Positions 1 to 9,392 of a stretch of DNA of 64,000 nt are shown here, in pieces; within the stretch, counting starts at the first letter, position 1; every line of letters starts with the position of its first letter. The notes beneath the pieces are model-generated. The model was not told where the DNA came from, ran no database searches, and saw nothing but the letters and a program-made list of their open reading frames with translations. Location: NCBI GenBank assembly GCA_031409335.1, contig JANNWY010000196.1:79880-143879 (forward strand). The letters run 5' to 3'. The position numbers and the translations under genes are program-made. The stretch is from Chthoniobacteraceae bacterium (GTDB lineage: Bacteria > Verrucomicrobiota > Verrucomicrobiia > Chthoniobacterales > Chthoniobacteraceae).

Positions 1-334
1 AACTGGCACTGCCGCCGACGGACCATTCGATATCGAGAAGGTGTGGGAGCAACTCCGCAACTGCTACGATCCGGAAATCCCCGTGAACATCGTGGACCTC
101 GGTCTCATCTACAGCCTCGACGTTTCCGATGAGGAAAAAGGCAAACGCGTGAGCGTGAAAATGACGCTCACCGCGCCCGGCTGCGGCATGGGCCCGTCGC
201 TCGCGGCGGATGCCGAGCAGCGAATGCTGACGGTCGCGGGAGTCGCCCGCGCAAATGTGGAACTCGTGTGGGATCCGCCGTGGTCGCCCGAGCGGATTTC
301 GCCCGCCGGTCGCGAGCGGCTCGGCATGGAATGA
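1..334 (+). CDS. sufT: Fe-S cluster assembly protein SufT/DUF59 family, 5' end outside the window
   Basis: Motifs YDPEIPVNIVDLGLIY, KMTLTAPGCGMG and VELVWDPPW. The frame is open to the window edge and the stop overlaps the next start (ATGA at 331-334). Confidence 0.85.
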   Translation, partial: TGTAADGPFDIEKVWEQLRNCYDPEIPVNIVDLGLIYSLDVSDEEKGKRVSVKMTLTAPGCGMGPSLAADAEQRMLTVAGVARANVELVWDPPWSPERISPAGRERLGME

Positions 335-1284
335 TTCGCGTCGTTCGCACCGCATTCGTCCTCGGTGCCGGCCTCGGCACGCGGCTGCGTCCGCTCACGG
401 CCCGCCGCCCGAAGCCGCTCATCCCGGTCGTCAATCGCCCGCTCATCAAGCACACCTTCGACCGGTTGCTCGCGGAGAGCATCGAGACGCTCGTGGTGAA
501 TACGCACTGGGCCGCGAACGCTTACGCCACGGCCTTTCCCGACGGATCGTATCGCGGCGTGCCGCTCGCTTTTCGCGAGGAAAAACCCGAAGTGCTCGAG
601 ACAGCGGGCGGCATCAAGAACGTCGCGGACTTGCTCGGCGACGAGCCGTTCATCGTACACAATGGCGACATCCTCACCGACCTCCCGCTGCGCCGCGCGC
701 TCGGCTACCACGTCGCCAGCGGGAATGAAGTGACGTTCGTCCTGCGCAGCGGCGACGGCCCGCTCGAAATCGCGTTCGATGCATCCGCGGGCCGCATCAC
801 TGACATCGGCCGCCGGGTCGATCCCGCGCGCGAGCCGCGTTTCCTTTTCACCGGCATCTATATCGTGCAGCCGGGATTCCTGCGGCGCATCCCGCCGGCC
901 ACAAAGCTCAGCGTCATCCCGATCTTCTGCGACATGATCCGCACCGGCGCAAAGCTCGGCGGGATCCTCATCGACGAAGGCCACTGGTGGGACCTCGGCA
1001 CGCGCGAGCAGTATCTCGCGGTGCATCAATGGATCGCGGAAAGCGGATCGGTGGATGCCGCGGATTGGATCGATGCCACCGCGAAGATTTCCCCGACCGC
1101 GGTGATCGCAGGCGCGACCGCGATCGGTGCGAAAGCGCGCATCGGCGACGGCGCGCAGTTGCGCGATTGCATCGTCTGGGAAAACGCCGAAGTCGCGCCG
1201 GGCGCGGTGCTGGAGCGCTGCATCGTCACCGACGGCGCGCGCGCGGAAGGCACGCACACCGATCGCGATTTCGCGGCGGACTGA
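331..1284 (+). CDS. Sugar-phosphate nucleotidyltransferase (MurU / mannose-1-P guanylyltransferase-like) with C-terminal hexapeptide repeats
   Basis: Motifs LGAGLGTRLRPLT..RPKPLIPV, LETAGG, HNGDIL and WWDLGT, followed by a left-handed beta-helix tail. ATG at 331 is coupled to the sufT stop. Confidence 0.85.
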   Translation: MIRVVRTAFVLGAGLGTRLRPLTARRPKPLIPVVNRPLIKHTFDRLLAESIETLVVNTHWAANAYATAFPDGSYRGVPLAFREEKPEVLETAGGIKNVADLLGDEPFIVHNGDILTDLPLRRALGYHVASGNEVTFVLRSGDGPLEIAFDASAGRITDIGRRVDPAREPRFLFTGIYIVQPGFLRRIPPATKLSVIPIFCDMIRTGAKLGGILIDEGHWWDLGTREQYLAVHQWIAESGSVDAADWIDATAKISPTAVIAGATAIGAKARIGDGAQLRDCIVWENAEVAPGAVLERCIVTDGARAEGTHTDRDFAAD

Positions 1285-1286
1285 GT

Positions 1287-2090
1287 TTACGCGGAGCGGC
1301 GGCGCCGCGAAAACATCGCCAGACTTGAGACCACGAGCAGCATCACGCTGCCCGGTTCTGGAACCGCGACATTTGCATTTCCGGGTGAGATCGTCTCGGT
1401 GCCGGTCGTAACGAAGGTCGCTTGGCCCGGAGTCGGGTCCGCAGTGTAAGGACCGCCGGGGTTTGTGCCCACGACATCGGTGGCCTGCCACTGGTTCGTC
1501 GTTCCATCTCGAAAGAGCACGTCGGAGGTGAAGGTGAAGGTCGGCGAAGGCCCGCCAATATTCAGGAAGCCGAGTTCATCGGCATAGCCGACATTGGCGC
1601 CTCCATCATTTTCAAGAAGACCAATTCCGTCGATGACGCTCGCCCATGGGAATGCGTCGAGCGTTCCATCGTTGTTCGTATCGAGATCCTGAGCCAGCGC
1701 ACCCGTAAATCCCGAGACAAGCAGGTAAGTCTGGGAGCCATTTTCAATGTCGGGTATGAAGTCGGCGACGTTGACGACGGTCGCCGGGTTTGGTGCGGGG
1801 TTGATCACCGCAGCGCTGTCGCGCCAGAGGAAAAGCCCGTTCGTGCCCGTGCTGAATGCGCCAAGGTTTAACACGAAATCAATCGGCCCGGGAGTGGCAC
1901 CGTCCCCTTCGATGCCGATCAAAGTGAGTCCGGTCAAACTTTCCGCTCCGCCTGTCGTGCTGTAGATTTCGATGAATTCCTGCCCATTGTCGGGGCCTGG
2001 CGGATTGATGAAGATTTCGTTCAGTTGAATCGCGGCGTGGCTCGTGGTGGCGGCGGCAATGGATGCGAGTGAGAAGATGATGTTTTTCAT
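1287..2090 (-). CDS. PEP-CTERM surface protein with lamin-tail-like N-terminal domain
   Basis: Signal peptide MKNIIFSLASIAAATTSHA, then QLNEIFINPPG..QEFIEI. C-terminus is VPEPGS, a TM helix and RRRR. Confidence 0.85.
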   Translation of the reverse strand: MKNIIFSLASIAAATTSHAAIQLNEIFINPPGPDNGQEFIEIYSTTGGAESLTGLTLIGIEGDGATPGPIDFVLNLGAFSTGTNGLFLWRDSAAVINPAPNPATVVNVADFIPDIENGSQTYLLVSGFTGALAQDLDTNNDGTLDAFPWASVIDGIGLLENDGGANVGYADELGFLNIGGPSPTFTFTSDVLFRDGTTNQWQATDVVGTNPGGPYTADPTPGQATFVTTGTETISPGNANVAVPEPGSVMLLVVSSLAMFSRRRRSA

Positions 2091-2254
2091 GTGATGGGTT
2101 GATGGTGAGTCTGGGAGCGGGCGTGAATTCAATTGAGCCGTGTGGCGTTTTCTGGACGCTGTTGAAAAGACCGCGCGCCAATCGTGTGACGGTTGGATGA
2201 CAGCCAATTCCACCGCGACTCCGCGCTGGTCAGCGGATGTGAAAGGCGGAACAC

Positions 2255-3211
2255 TTGGCGCTGATGCACGCCGATCCGTTCCACAAAACTGTCTCCGTCG
2301 AGCCCATCGAGAAGGGCGGCTCGGGTCGCAAATTCTGGCGGCTGCACGCCGGCGGGCCTTCGCTCATCCTCGTGCGCTACGGCCCCGATCGGCCTGAAAA
2401 CAAACACTACGTCGCGATCGGCCGCTTCCTCGCCGGAGTGGGCGTGCGCGTGCCGGCGGTTCATTTTCACGATGAAGCCGAGGGACTCATCCTGATGGAA
2501 GACGCGGGCGAGACGGACCTGTGGAGCTTTCGCGCCGCGCCGTGGCGCGAGAGGCGCGCGCTGTATCAGCGCGCGCTGGATCAGGCGCTCATCCTGCACA
2601 CGCAGGCGCACGCCGATCCCGCCGCGGGCACTTTGCAAATCCTCCAGCCGGTCTTCGATTCCGCGCTGTATCGCTGGGAACAGGAATACTTTTTCGAGCA
2701 CTGCCTCGGCCGCCATTTTGGAATCACGGAACACCCAAACCTCGCGCGCCTTCGCGAAATCGCCGATCAACTCGCCGCCGAGCCGCGCTGTCTCGTGCAC
2801 CGCGATTTTCAAAGCCAGAACGTGCTCGTGCGCGACGGCGAAGTCTGCCTGATCGACTTTCAGGGCCTGCGCCCTGGCCTCGCCGCGTACGATCTCGCGT
2901 CGCTGCTGCTCGATCCGTATGTCGATCTCACCGCCGAGGAACGCGAGGAGCTGCTCGCGCATTATCTGAGCGGATTGCACGGCCCCGGACGGCAGGACAA
3001 TCCGCACTTCCGCGCGATCTACGACTGCTGCGCGATGCAGCGGCTCATGCAGGCGCTCGGCGCGTATGGAAAGCTCGGGCACCTCGATGAACGCACGCAT
3101 TTCCTCGAACACATCCCGGTGGCGCTTGCCCGTCTGCACGGCGTGGTCGCGCGGATCGACGGGCTCGATGAACTCGCGGCAATGCTCGCCTCGCTGCCGG
3201 CTAAAAAATAG
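2255..3211 (+). CDS. Aminoglycoside/choline phosphotransferase-family kinase, AmgK-like (start uncertain, 2255 or 2264)
   Basis: Motifs GGSGRKFWR, LILMEDAG, HRDFQSQN, LIDFQG, YDLASLL and QRLMQALGAYG, with a MurU-like gene nearby. Confidence 0.75.
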   Translation: MALMHADPFHKTVSVEPIEKGGSGRKFWRLHAGGPSLILVRYGPDRPENKHYVAIGRFLAGVGVRVPAVHFHDEAEGLILMEDAGETDLWSFRAAPWRERRALYQRALDQALILHTQAHADPAAGTLQILQPVFDSALYRWEQEYFFEHCLGRHFGITEHPNLARLREIADQLAAEPRCLVHRDFQSQNVLVRDGEVCLIDFQGLRPGLAAYDLASLLLDPYVDLTAEEREELLAHYLSGLHGPGRQDNPHFRAIYDCCAMQRLMQALGAYGKLGHLDERTHFLEHIPVALARLHGVVARIDGLDELAAMLASLPAKK

Positions 3212-3255
3212 CGCCTTTGCAGATGACGAGTCGTGGATTCCATTTGCCAGCCGCC

Positions 3256-6200
3256 ATGAGATTTTCCGCCGTCGCATTCGCCATCACCGCTTTTTCGATC
3301 CCTGCTTTGCGCGCGGCGGACGCGCCGGATTTCAATCGCGAGGTGCGGCCGATCCTCTCGAACTATTGCTTCAAATGCCACGGCCCGGATGACAAGACGC
3401 GGAAGGCAAAACTGCGGCTCGATGTGCGCGACGAGGCGCTGAAGCCCGCGAAGTCCGGCGACCACGCGATCGTGCCGGGGAACGTCAATGAGAGCGAACT
3501 GGTGACGCGCATTTTTTCCAAGGACGAGGACGAGCTGATGCCGCCGCCCGCGACGAAAAAGGAGATGACCGACCAGCAGCGCGATGTGCTGAAACGCTGG
3601 ATCGCATCGGGCGCGAAGTATGATGCGCACTGGGCATTCCTCGCGCCGAAGCAGGCCGTGGCGATTGCGGATTGCGGATTGCGGATTGCGGATTGGGAAA
3701 AGCGCAACGCCGCTCGCGGGGCGGAACTCAGGCGGCAGCAGGTGGCGCTGGAAAAATGGCCGGAGAATCCCATCGACGAGTTCGTGCTCGATCGACTCTT
3801 GAGAGAAGGACTCACCCCTTCGCCGGACGCTGATCCGCACACGCTTTGCCGCCGGCTTTACCTCGACCTCACCGGACTGCCGCCGACACCGGAGGAGGCG
3901 CAGGCCTTTGTGGATGGGTCCCATAGGTCGAATGGGTCCCATACGACCTATGAGCAACTCGTGGACAAGCTGCTCGCCTCGCCAAAGTACGGCGAACGCT
4001 GGGCCCGCCGCTGGCTCGATCTCGCGCGCTACGCCGACACGAATGGCTACGAAAAAGATCGCAACCGCAGCATCTGGCCGTGGCGCGATTGGGTGATCAA
4101 GGCGCTGAATGCGGACATGCCGTTCGATCAATTCACGATCGAACAACTCGCGGGTGATCTGCTGCCAAATGCGACGCCCGATCAGATCGTCGCGACCGGC
4201 TTTCACCGGAACACGATGTTGAATGAAGAAGGAGGCATCGATCCGCTGGAGTTTCGTTTTCACGCGATGACCGATCGGATGGCGACGACGGGCGTGACGT
4301 GGATGGGCCTCACGGTCGGCTGCGCGCAGTGCCACACGCACAAGTTCGATCCGATCCAGCACCGCGAGTATTACCAGATGATGGCGTTCCTGAATAACGC
4401 CGACGAGCCGGAGTTCGATTTACCCGATCCGACGGCGGCCGAGCGTGCAAAGAAGAATGCAGAGCGCGTGACGAAGCTGCTCACAGAACTGCCCGACAAG
4501 TGGCCGGTGGATGCGGGCGACGCGCGCTGGGAGTCGCCGCGTCCGGTGGAGGTAAAGACGGAGTCGGGCGAAGTGCCGAAGCTGCTCGACGATAGTTCCG
4601 CGCTCTTCGCCGCGCCGGGGCCTGCCGCGGATGTCTGCACGTTTGTTTTTGAAACGGAGACGACCGGCATCGACCGCGTGAGGCTCGAAGCGCTGACCGA
4701 TGATTCGCTGCCTGCGAAAGGGCCGGGCCGGGTCTCCCACGGAAACTTCGTGCTGACCGAAATCGTGGTGATGGCTGCACCAAAGTCGGCGCCCGAGAAG
4801 ATGGAGCGCATGGCGATCGTAAGCGGGACGGCGGATGCGGAGCAGGACACTTTCCCGATCGGGAATGCCTTCGACGGAAACGATGCGACGGGTTGGGCCG
4901 TGCATGCGCCGGGCAAACCGCTGAATGCGCCGAAGACCGCGGTCTTCACCTTGAAGCAGCCAGTTGGATTTCCTGGCGGCACCCGGATCGTCGTGCGGCT
5001 CGAACAAAAGCACGGAGCCGCGCACACGATCGGGCGTCCGCGATTGAGCTTTGGCGCGCCCGCGGGCGAGCTGAAGCCGGTGACCGAGCGGCGGGGCGAG
5101 ATCGTCGAGAAAAAATTTGCCGAATGGCTGGCGCGGGAGCGCTCCCGGACAGTCGCGTGGACGGTGCTCCGCCCTGTGGAGGCGAAATCGAATATGCCGC
5201 TGCTCACGTTGCAGCCCGATGGGTCGATTTTTGGAAGCGGCGACATCACGAAGGCGGACACCTACGATTTGAAATTCACGAACGTCCCGCGCGGCATCAC
5301 CGCGATCCGACTGGAGGCGCTGCCCGATGAACGCCTGCCGAATCATGGACCGGGGATGACCTATTACGAAGGACCGAAGGGCGACTTTTTTCTCGGTGAA
5401 TTCCAACTCAGCGCGGGCGGGCAGTCGGTGAAGTTCAGCAAAGCCACCGAGACATTTTCCAAGAACGCGATGGGTGGCACTCCAGCGCCGGCGGCGCTCG
5501 CCATCGACGGCGATCCGCAGACCGGCTGGTCCACCGGCGGGCGCGAGGGGCAGGAAAGCGATGCCGTGTTCCGGCTCGCGGCACCGCTCGGCGAGGCGCG
5601 CGAGCTTTCGCTGAAGATGATGTTCGGGCGCCACTACGCTTGTTCGCTCGGGCGCTTTCGGATTTCCGTCACCAACGATCCGCGGGAGATCGAGGCCCGC
5701 GAGATTCCGGATGAAATCGAGCGTCTGCTCGTGATTCCCGAGACCACGCTGACGAATGCCCAGCGCCAGGAACTGCGACAGCATTTTCTTCTCACCGCGC
5801 CAGAACTCGCCGCCGCACGTGCGGAGATCGACAACTTGCGCAAGGCCCCGTCTGCCTTCGCGTCGACTCTCGTTCTCCGCGAGCGCCCGCCGGAAAATCC
5901 GCGCCCGACCTTCATCCACAATCGCGGCGAATTCCTGCAGCCGACGGATCGCGTCGAGCCGGGCGTTTTTGGGTTCCTTCCTGCGTTGCCGGACAAGGCT
6001 AAACCCGATCGTCTGGCCTTCGCGCGCTGGCTCGTGTCGCCGGAGAATCCGCTGACCGCGCGCGTCACCGTGAACCGCCAGTGGGCGATCCTGTTTGGGC
6101 GCGGGCTGGTGCGAACCACGGAGGATTTCGGGTATCAGGGCGAGTCGCCTTCGCATCCGGAATTGCTCGACTGGCTCGCGGTCGAATTCGTGAAGCAAGG

Positions 6201-6924
6201 CTGGTCGCTGAAAAAGCTGCACCGTCTGATCGTAACCAGCGCGACCTACCGGCAGTCCTCGCGCGTGACGCCGAAATTGCTGGCGAAAGACGCCGAGAAT
6301 AAATGGCTCGCCCGCGGACCCCGCGGACGGCTGGACGCCGAAGTCATTCGCGATTCCACGCTGCGCGCCGCCGGATTGCTCTCCGGAAAAATCGGCGGTC
6401 CGAGCGTCCGCCCGCCACAACAGGAAGGCGTGAGCGAAGTCGCCTACGGCGGCGGAAGATGGGACGCGAGCGCGGGCGAAGATCGCTACCGCCGCGGGCT
6501 CTACACCTTCATCAAGCGCACCGCCCCCTACGCGATGCTCACGACCTTCGACGCCCCGACCGGCGAAGCCTGCATCGCCCGCCGCGACGTTTCCAATTCC
6601 CCGCTGCAAGCCCTCACGCTACTCAACGACATCGTCTTCATCGAAGCCGCGCAGGCGCTCGGGAAGACGCTCGCGAGCCAGCCCGGCAGCATCGACGAGC
6701 GCATCGCATCGCTCTTTCGCCAAGTCCTCACGCGCCCGCCGACCGCGGATGAAACGGCGCTGCTCGCCAAGTTTTTCGTGACGCAAAAAGCGCGCTTCGT
6801 TTCAAACGAACTCGATGCCAAAGCCATCGCCGGCGAAGGCACCGGCGACGTGAATGAACGCGCCGCGTGGACGGCGCTGGCGCGGGCGATTTTCAATCTG
6901 GATGAAGCGGTGACAAAAGACTGA
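3256..6924 (+). CDS. Planctomycete-type cytochrome c protein (PSCyt1 + DUF1549/PSCyt2 + DUF1553/PSD1) with two inserted discoidin/galactose-binding-like domains
   Basis: Motifs DFNREVRPILS..CFKCHGPD, YGERWARRWLDLARYADT, CAQCHTHKFDP, NPLTARVTVNRQW, HPELLDWLA and PLQALTLLN, plus a signal peptide. Confidence 0.9.
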   Translation: MRFSAVAFAITAFSIPALRAADAPDFNREVRPILSNYCFKCHGPDDKTRKAKLRLDVRDEALKPAKSGDHAIVPGNVNESELVTRIFSKDEDELMPPPATKKEMTDQQRDVLKRWIASGAKYDAHWAFLAPKQAVAIADCGLRIADWEKRNAARGAELRRQQVALEKWPENPIDEFVLDRLLREGLTPSPDADPHTLCRRLYLDLTGLPPTPEEAQAFVDGSHRSNGSHTTYEQLVDKLLASPKYGERWARRWLDLARYADTNGYEKDRNRSIWPWRDWVIKALNADMPFDQFTIEQLAGDLLPNATPDQIVATGFHRNTMLNEEGGIDPLEFRFHAMTDRMATTGVTWMGLTVGCAQCHTHKFDPIQHREYYQMMAFLNNADEPEFDLPDPTAAERAKKNAERVTKLLTELPDKWPVDAGDARWESPRPVEVKTESGEVPKLLDDSSALFAAPGPAADVCTFVFETETTGIDRVRLEALTDDSLPAKGPGRVSHGNFVLTEIVVMAAPKSAPEKMERMAIVSGTADAEQDTFPIGNAFDGNDATGWAVHAPGKPLNAPKTAVFTLKQPVGFPGGTRIVVRLEQKHGAAHTIGRPRLSFGAPAGELKPVTERRGEIVEKKFAEWLARERSRTVAWTVLRPVEAKSNMPLLTLQPDGSIFGSGDITKADTYDLKFTNVPRGITAIRLEALPDERLPNHGPGMTYYEGPKGDFFLGEFQLSAGGQSVKFSKATETFSKNAMGGTPAPAALAIDGDPQTGWSTGGREGQESDAVFRLAAPLGEARELSLKMMFGRHYACSLGRFRISVTNDPREIEAREIPDEIERLLVIPETTLTNAQRQELRQHFLLTAPELAAARAEIDNLRKAPSAFASTLVLRERPPENPRPTFIHNRGEFLQPTDRVEPGVFGFLPALPDKAKPDRLAFARWLVSPENPLTARVTVNRQWAILFGRGLVRTTEDFGYQGESPSHPELLDWLAVEFVKQGWSLKKLHRLIVTSATYRQSSRVTPKLLAKDAENKWLARGPRGRLDAEVIRDSTLRAAGLLSGKIGGPSVRPPQQEGVSEVAYGGGRWDASAGEDRYRRGLYTFIKRTAPYAMLTTFDAPTGEACIARRDVSNSPLQALTLLNDIVFIEAAQALGKTLASQPGSIDERIASLFRQVLTRPPTADETALLAKFFVTQKARFVSNELDAKAIAGEGTGDVNERAAWTALARAIFNLDEAVTKD
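3663..3696 (+). repeat. Tandem heptamer (GATTGCG)x4 plus a partial copy inside the PSD1 CDS
   Basis: Read directly: gattgcg gattgcg gattgcg gattgcg gattgg. Confidence 0.9.
3914..3952. repeat. In-frame palindromic repeat element inside the PSD1 CDS
   Basis: ATGGGTCCCATA occurs twice at 18-nt spacing. CATAGGTCG (3922-3930) is the reverse complement of CGACCTATG (3944-3952). Confidence 0.8.
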
Positions 6925-6987
6925 CGGCGGGTCCTCCGCGGCTTTCGGCACGATGTGAAAGCGGTGAAGGAATCACCGCAGTCCAGA
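6925..6987. repeat. REP-like intergenic palindrome
   Basis: AAA-GCGGTGA-aggaa-TCACCGC-AGTCCAGA forms a 7-bp stem at 6961-6979. A degenerate opposite half (cggcgg...ccgcggctttc) lies just after the stop. Confidence 0.45.
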
Positions 6988-7074
6988 GCCTTCGGCGGCA
7001 CCGATATTTCCCGTCGCGCGCGCCGGATTCAAGGAAAGCTGGAAGTCGCGGTTTGAATGTTGGACCCTCGCCAA

Positions 7075-9129
7075 ATGCACGTGATCCCCACCTTTCTCAG
7101 ACGGTTCATCAGCGCGGGACTCGCGCTCGCTTTTCCCGCGACCGGCGACGCCGGCGGCTCGCTCCCGGCTGGCTTCAGCGAATCCGTCTTGGTCTCCGGC
7201 CTCACTCAGCCGGTGAGCATCGCGTGGGCGCCGGATGGCAGCCAGCGGCTCTTCGTCACCGAGAAAGCTGGCGGCATTCGCGTGATCCGAAATGGCGCGC
7301 CGCTCGCGACCCCGTTCGCCATTTTTCCTCAGCTCTACACGCAGAGCGAATGCGGCGTCCTCGGGCTGTGCTTCGATCCAAATTACGTCGCGAACCGCCA
7401 CGTGTATGTCTTCGTCACGATCTCCGCTTCGGAGCAGCGCATCGTGCGTTTCACCGATGTCGGAAACCGCGGCACCGAGCGCACGAATATCCTGACGGGC
7501 TTGCCGACGCTCGGCGTGAACCACAACGGCGGCGCGCTGGGCTTTGGCCACGATGGAAAACTGTACTGGGCAATCGGCGACAACGGCGCGAAGCGCGGGG
7601 TCGATGGCGATCTGGCGAGCCTCGCGGCGAAAGTGGGGCGCGCGAATGCGGACGGCAGCGTGCCTTTGGGCAATCCCTTCGCCGACGGCTCCGGGCCGAA
7701 TAACGACTACATTTGGGCGACGGGTTTTCGCAATCCGTTCACGATGACTTTCCAGCCGCGCTCAGGAAAACTCTGGCTGAATGTGGTCGGGTCGAATGCC
7801 GAGGGACAGACCGTTCCGAACAGCGGCCCTGGCTACGAGCAGATCTTCGCGCTCAATGCGGGCGAAGACGGCGGCTACGATGACTACGAGGGAAACCAGC
7901 CGAATGGCAGCCGCTACAACACGCCCTTCGCGCGGCCCTTTGCGCATCCGGCTTTGCAGTATAGAACGAGGCCGTTGACCGGCGGCGCGGTGGGCGTGCA
8001 GACGCCTGTTCAGGTGCTCGGGATTTCGCGCTCGACCGGCGTGGATGTCGTTCTGACCGCCACGCCCCATCCGTATTTCACGGGAAACGTCGTGCGGATC
8101 ACCGGCACAACCGACGCGACTTTCGACCGCACGTTCGTGGTTCGATCGGTGCCGAGTGCGACGACGTTCACCGCGTTCGATGCCGGAGCCGATGGCAGCG
8201 CGAGCGGCGGACAGGCGGCGGCGCTCTCCTTTGGCAGCAGCATCACGGGCGGCACATTTTATGACAGCAGCGCTTTCCCGGCTGGATCCCGAGGCAACTT
8301 TTTCTTCGGCGATTTCACCAGCGGCCTGCTGATCCGCGCGAAAGTCAATGAAAGGGGCAAAACCTCCGATGTTTCAGTCTTCAGCACGGGCCAGGGCTCG
8401 CCCGTCGATCTCGCGGTCGGGCCGGATGGCGCGCTTTACGTTGCCGACTTCGCCGCGGGAGCCATCCGCCGGATCGCGTGGACGCAAGCGCCCGCCGACC
8501 TCCTCGTCACGCCCACCGTTTTCAAAATGCGCGAAGGCGGACAAGCAAACTTCGCCGTGCGGCTCGGCAGCGCGCCGATCGTCCCGGTCGTCGTGACGAC
8601 GCACGGCGCGTCGCAAAATCAAAACGCGGTCGTCACCGCGGGTGAAATGCTCACCTTCAACGCGACGAACTGGAACGTCCCGCAGCCCGTCACGATCGCC
8701 GCCGCCACCGACGCGGACGACGATGACGAAAGCAGCGAGTTCGTTCTCACCGCGCCGGGACTCGCGGCGGAGACGGTGAGCGTGAGCATCACGGACACGA
8801 GCGCTGAAGCGCCGCTGCTTTCGGTGAATACTTTGACCATCAATGAAGGCAGCGGCGGCAATGTTTTTGTGAGCCTGCCGCAGCGACCCGCGGGCAATGT
8901 GACGCTCAGCGTGCGGCGCACTTTGGGAATCGCCGCGCGCGTCGTCCACGGTGGGGCGCTCGTGTTCACTCCGGCAAATTTTGCGACGCCTCAGCGCGTT
9001 ACGATTTACGCGAATCAGGACGTGAATACGCGGGATGCGGTCGTGCGTTTCATCATCGGCGGCCGCGGCTACACGGCGCGCGGGATCACCGTCAACGCGC
9101 TCGACAACGATCCGCTGCGCGCGCCTTGA
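7075..9129 (+). CDS. Secreted PQQ-dependent glucose/sorbosone dehydrogenase-family beta-propeller with C-terminal Calx-beta/Ig-like repeats
   Basis: Motifs LFVTEKAG, ECGVLGLCFDPNY, NHNGGALGFGHDGKLYWAIGD, WATGFRNPF and VDLAVGPDGALYV. The tail has LTFNATNWNVPQPVT and LVFTPANFATPQRVT. Confidence 0.85.
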   Translation: MHVIPTFLRRFISAGLALAFPATGDAGGSLPAGFSESVLVSGLTQPVSIAWAPDGSQRLFVTEKAGGIRVIRNGAPLATPFAIFPQLYTQSECGVLGLCFDPNYVANRHVYVFVTISASEQRIVRFTDVGNRGTERTNILTGLPTLGVNHNGGALGFGHDGKLYWAIGDNGAKRGVDGDLASLAAKVGRANADGSVPLGNPFADGSGPNNDYIWATGFRNPFTMTFQPRSGKLWLNVVGSNAEGQTVPNSGPGYEQIFALNAGEDGGYDDYEGNQPNGSRYNTPFARPFAHPALQYRTRPLTGGAVGVQTPVQVLGISRSTGVDVVLTATPHPYFTGNVVRITGTTDATFDRTFVVRSVPSATTFTAFDAGADGSASGGQAAALSFGSSITGGTFYDSSAFPAGSRGNFFFGDFTSGLLIRAKVNERGKTSDVSVFSTGQGSPVDLAVGPDGALYVADFAAGAIRRIAWTQAPADLLVTPTVFKMREGGQANFAVRLGSAPIVPVVVTTHGASQNQNAVVTAGEMLTFNATNWNVPQPVTIAAATDADDDDESSEFVLTAPGLAAETVSVSITDTSAEAPLLSVNTLTINEGSGGNVFVSLPQRPAGNVTLSVRRTLGIAARVVHGGALVFTPANFATPQRVTIYANQDVNTRDAVVRFIIGGRGYTARGITVNALDNDPLRAP

Positions 9130-9145
9130 TTCCGCAAGATTGCGC

Positions 9146-9173
9146 TTGTCGGCCCGATGTCCGCCCCTACTCT
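9146..9173 (+). promoter_or_regulatory. Putative sigma70 promoter for the riboswitch leader
   Basis: TTGTCG, 16-nt spacer, TACTCT, about 30 nt upstream of the riboswitch. Confidence 0.35.
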
Positions 9174-9200
9174 CCGCCGCAGTTCTTTGCGAGTCATAGT

Positions 9201-9392
9201 CAGTGAATGGATGAAAGGAATTCCGTGAGAATCGGAAACAGTTGCGCTGCTGTAACTGGATACGACTTCCCAATGCCAATCTCTTAAAACCGATTCGTCG
9301 GTCGCGGAGGTGAAGGCGGGAAGGAGGTGTGTGGAGACCGGGTGACCGGGCTTCGCCGAATGCCAGAAGTCAGAACATTTCCACCGTTCACT
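9201..9392 (+). ncRNA. Cobalamin (B12) riboswitch
   Basis: Core TGAAAGGAA-TTCCG-TGAGAAT-CGGAA-ACAG-TTGCGC-TGCTGTAA, then GGGAAGG (about 9318) and a B12-box-like GCCAGAAGTCAGAAC (9362-9376). Closing stem AGTGAATGG/CCGTTCACT. It lies directly upstream of a DUF4465 gene. Confidence 0.85.

Noticed and set aside
2255..3211. Aminoglycoside resistance gene
   Set aside because: The motifs and the nucleotidyltransferase neighbour fit the AmgK-like sugar kinase branch better.
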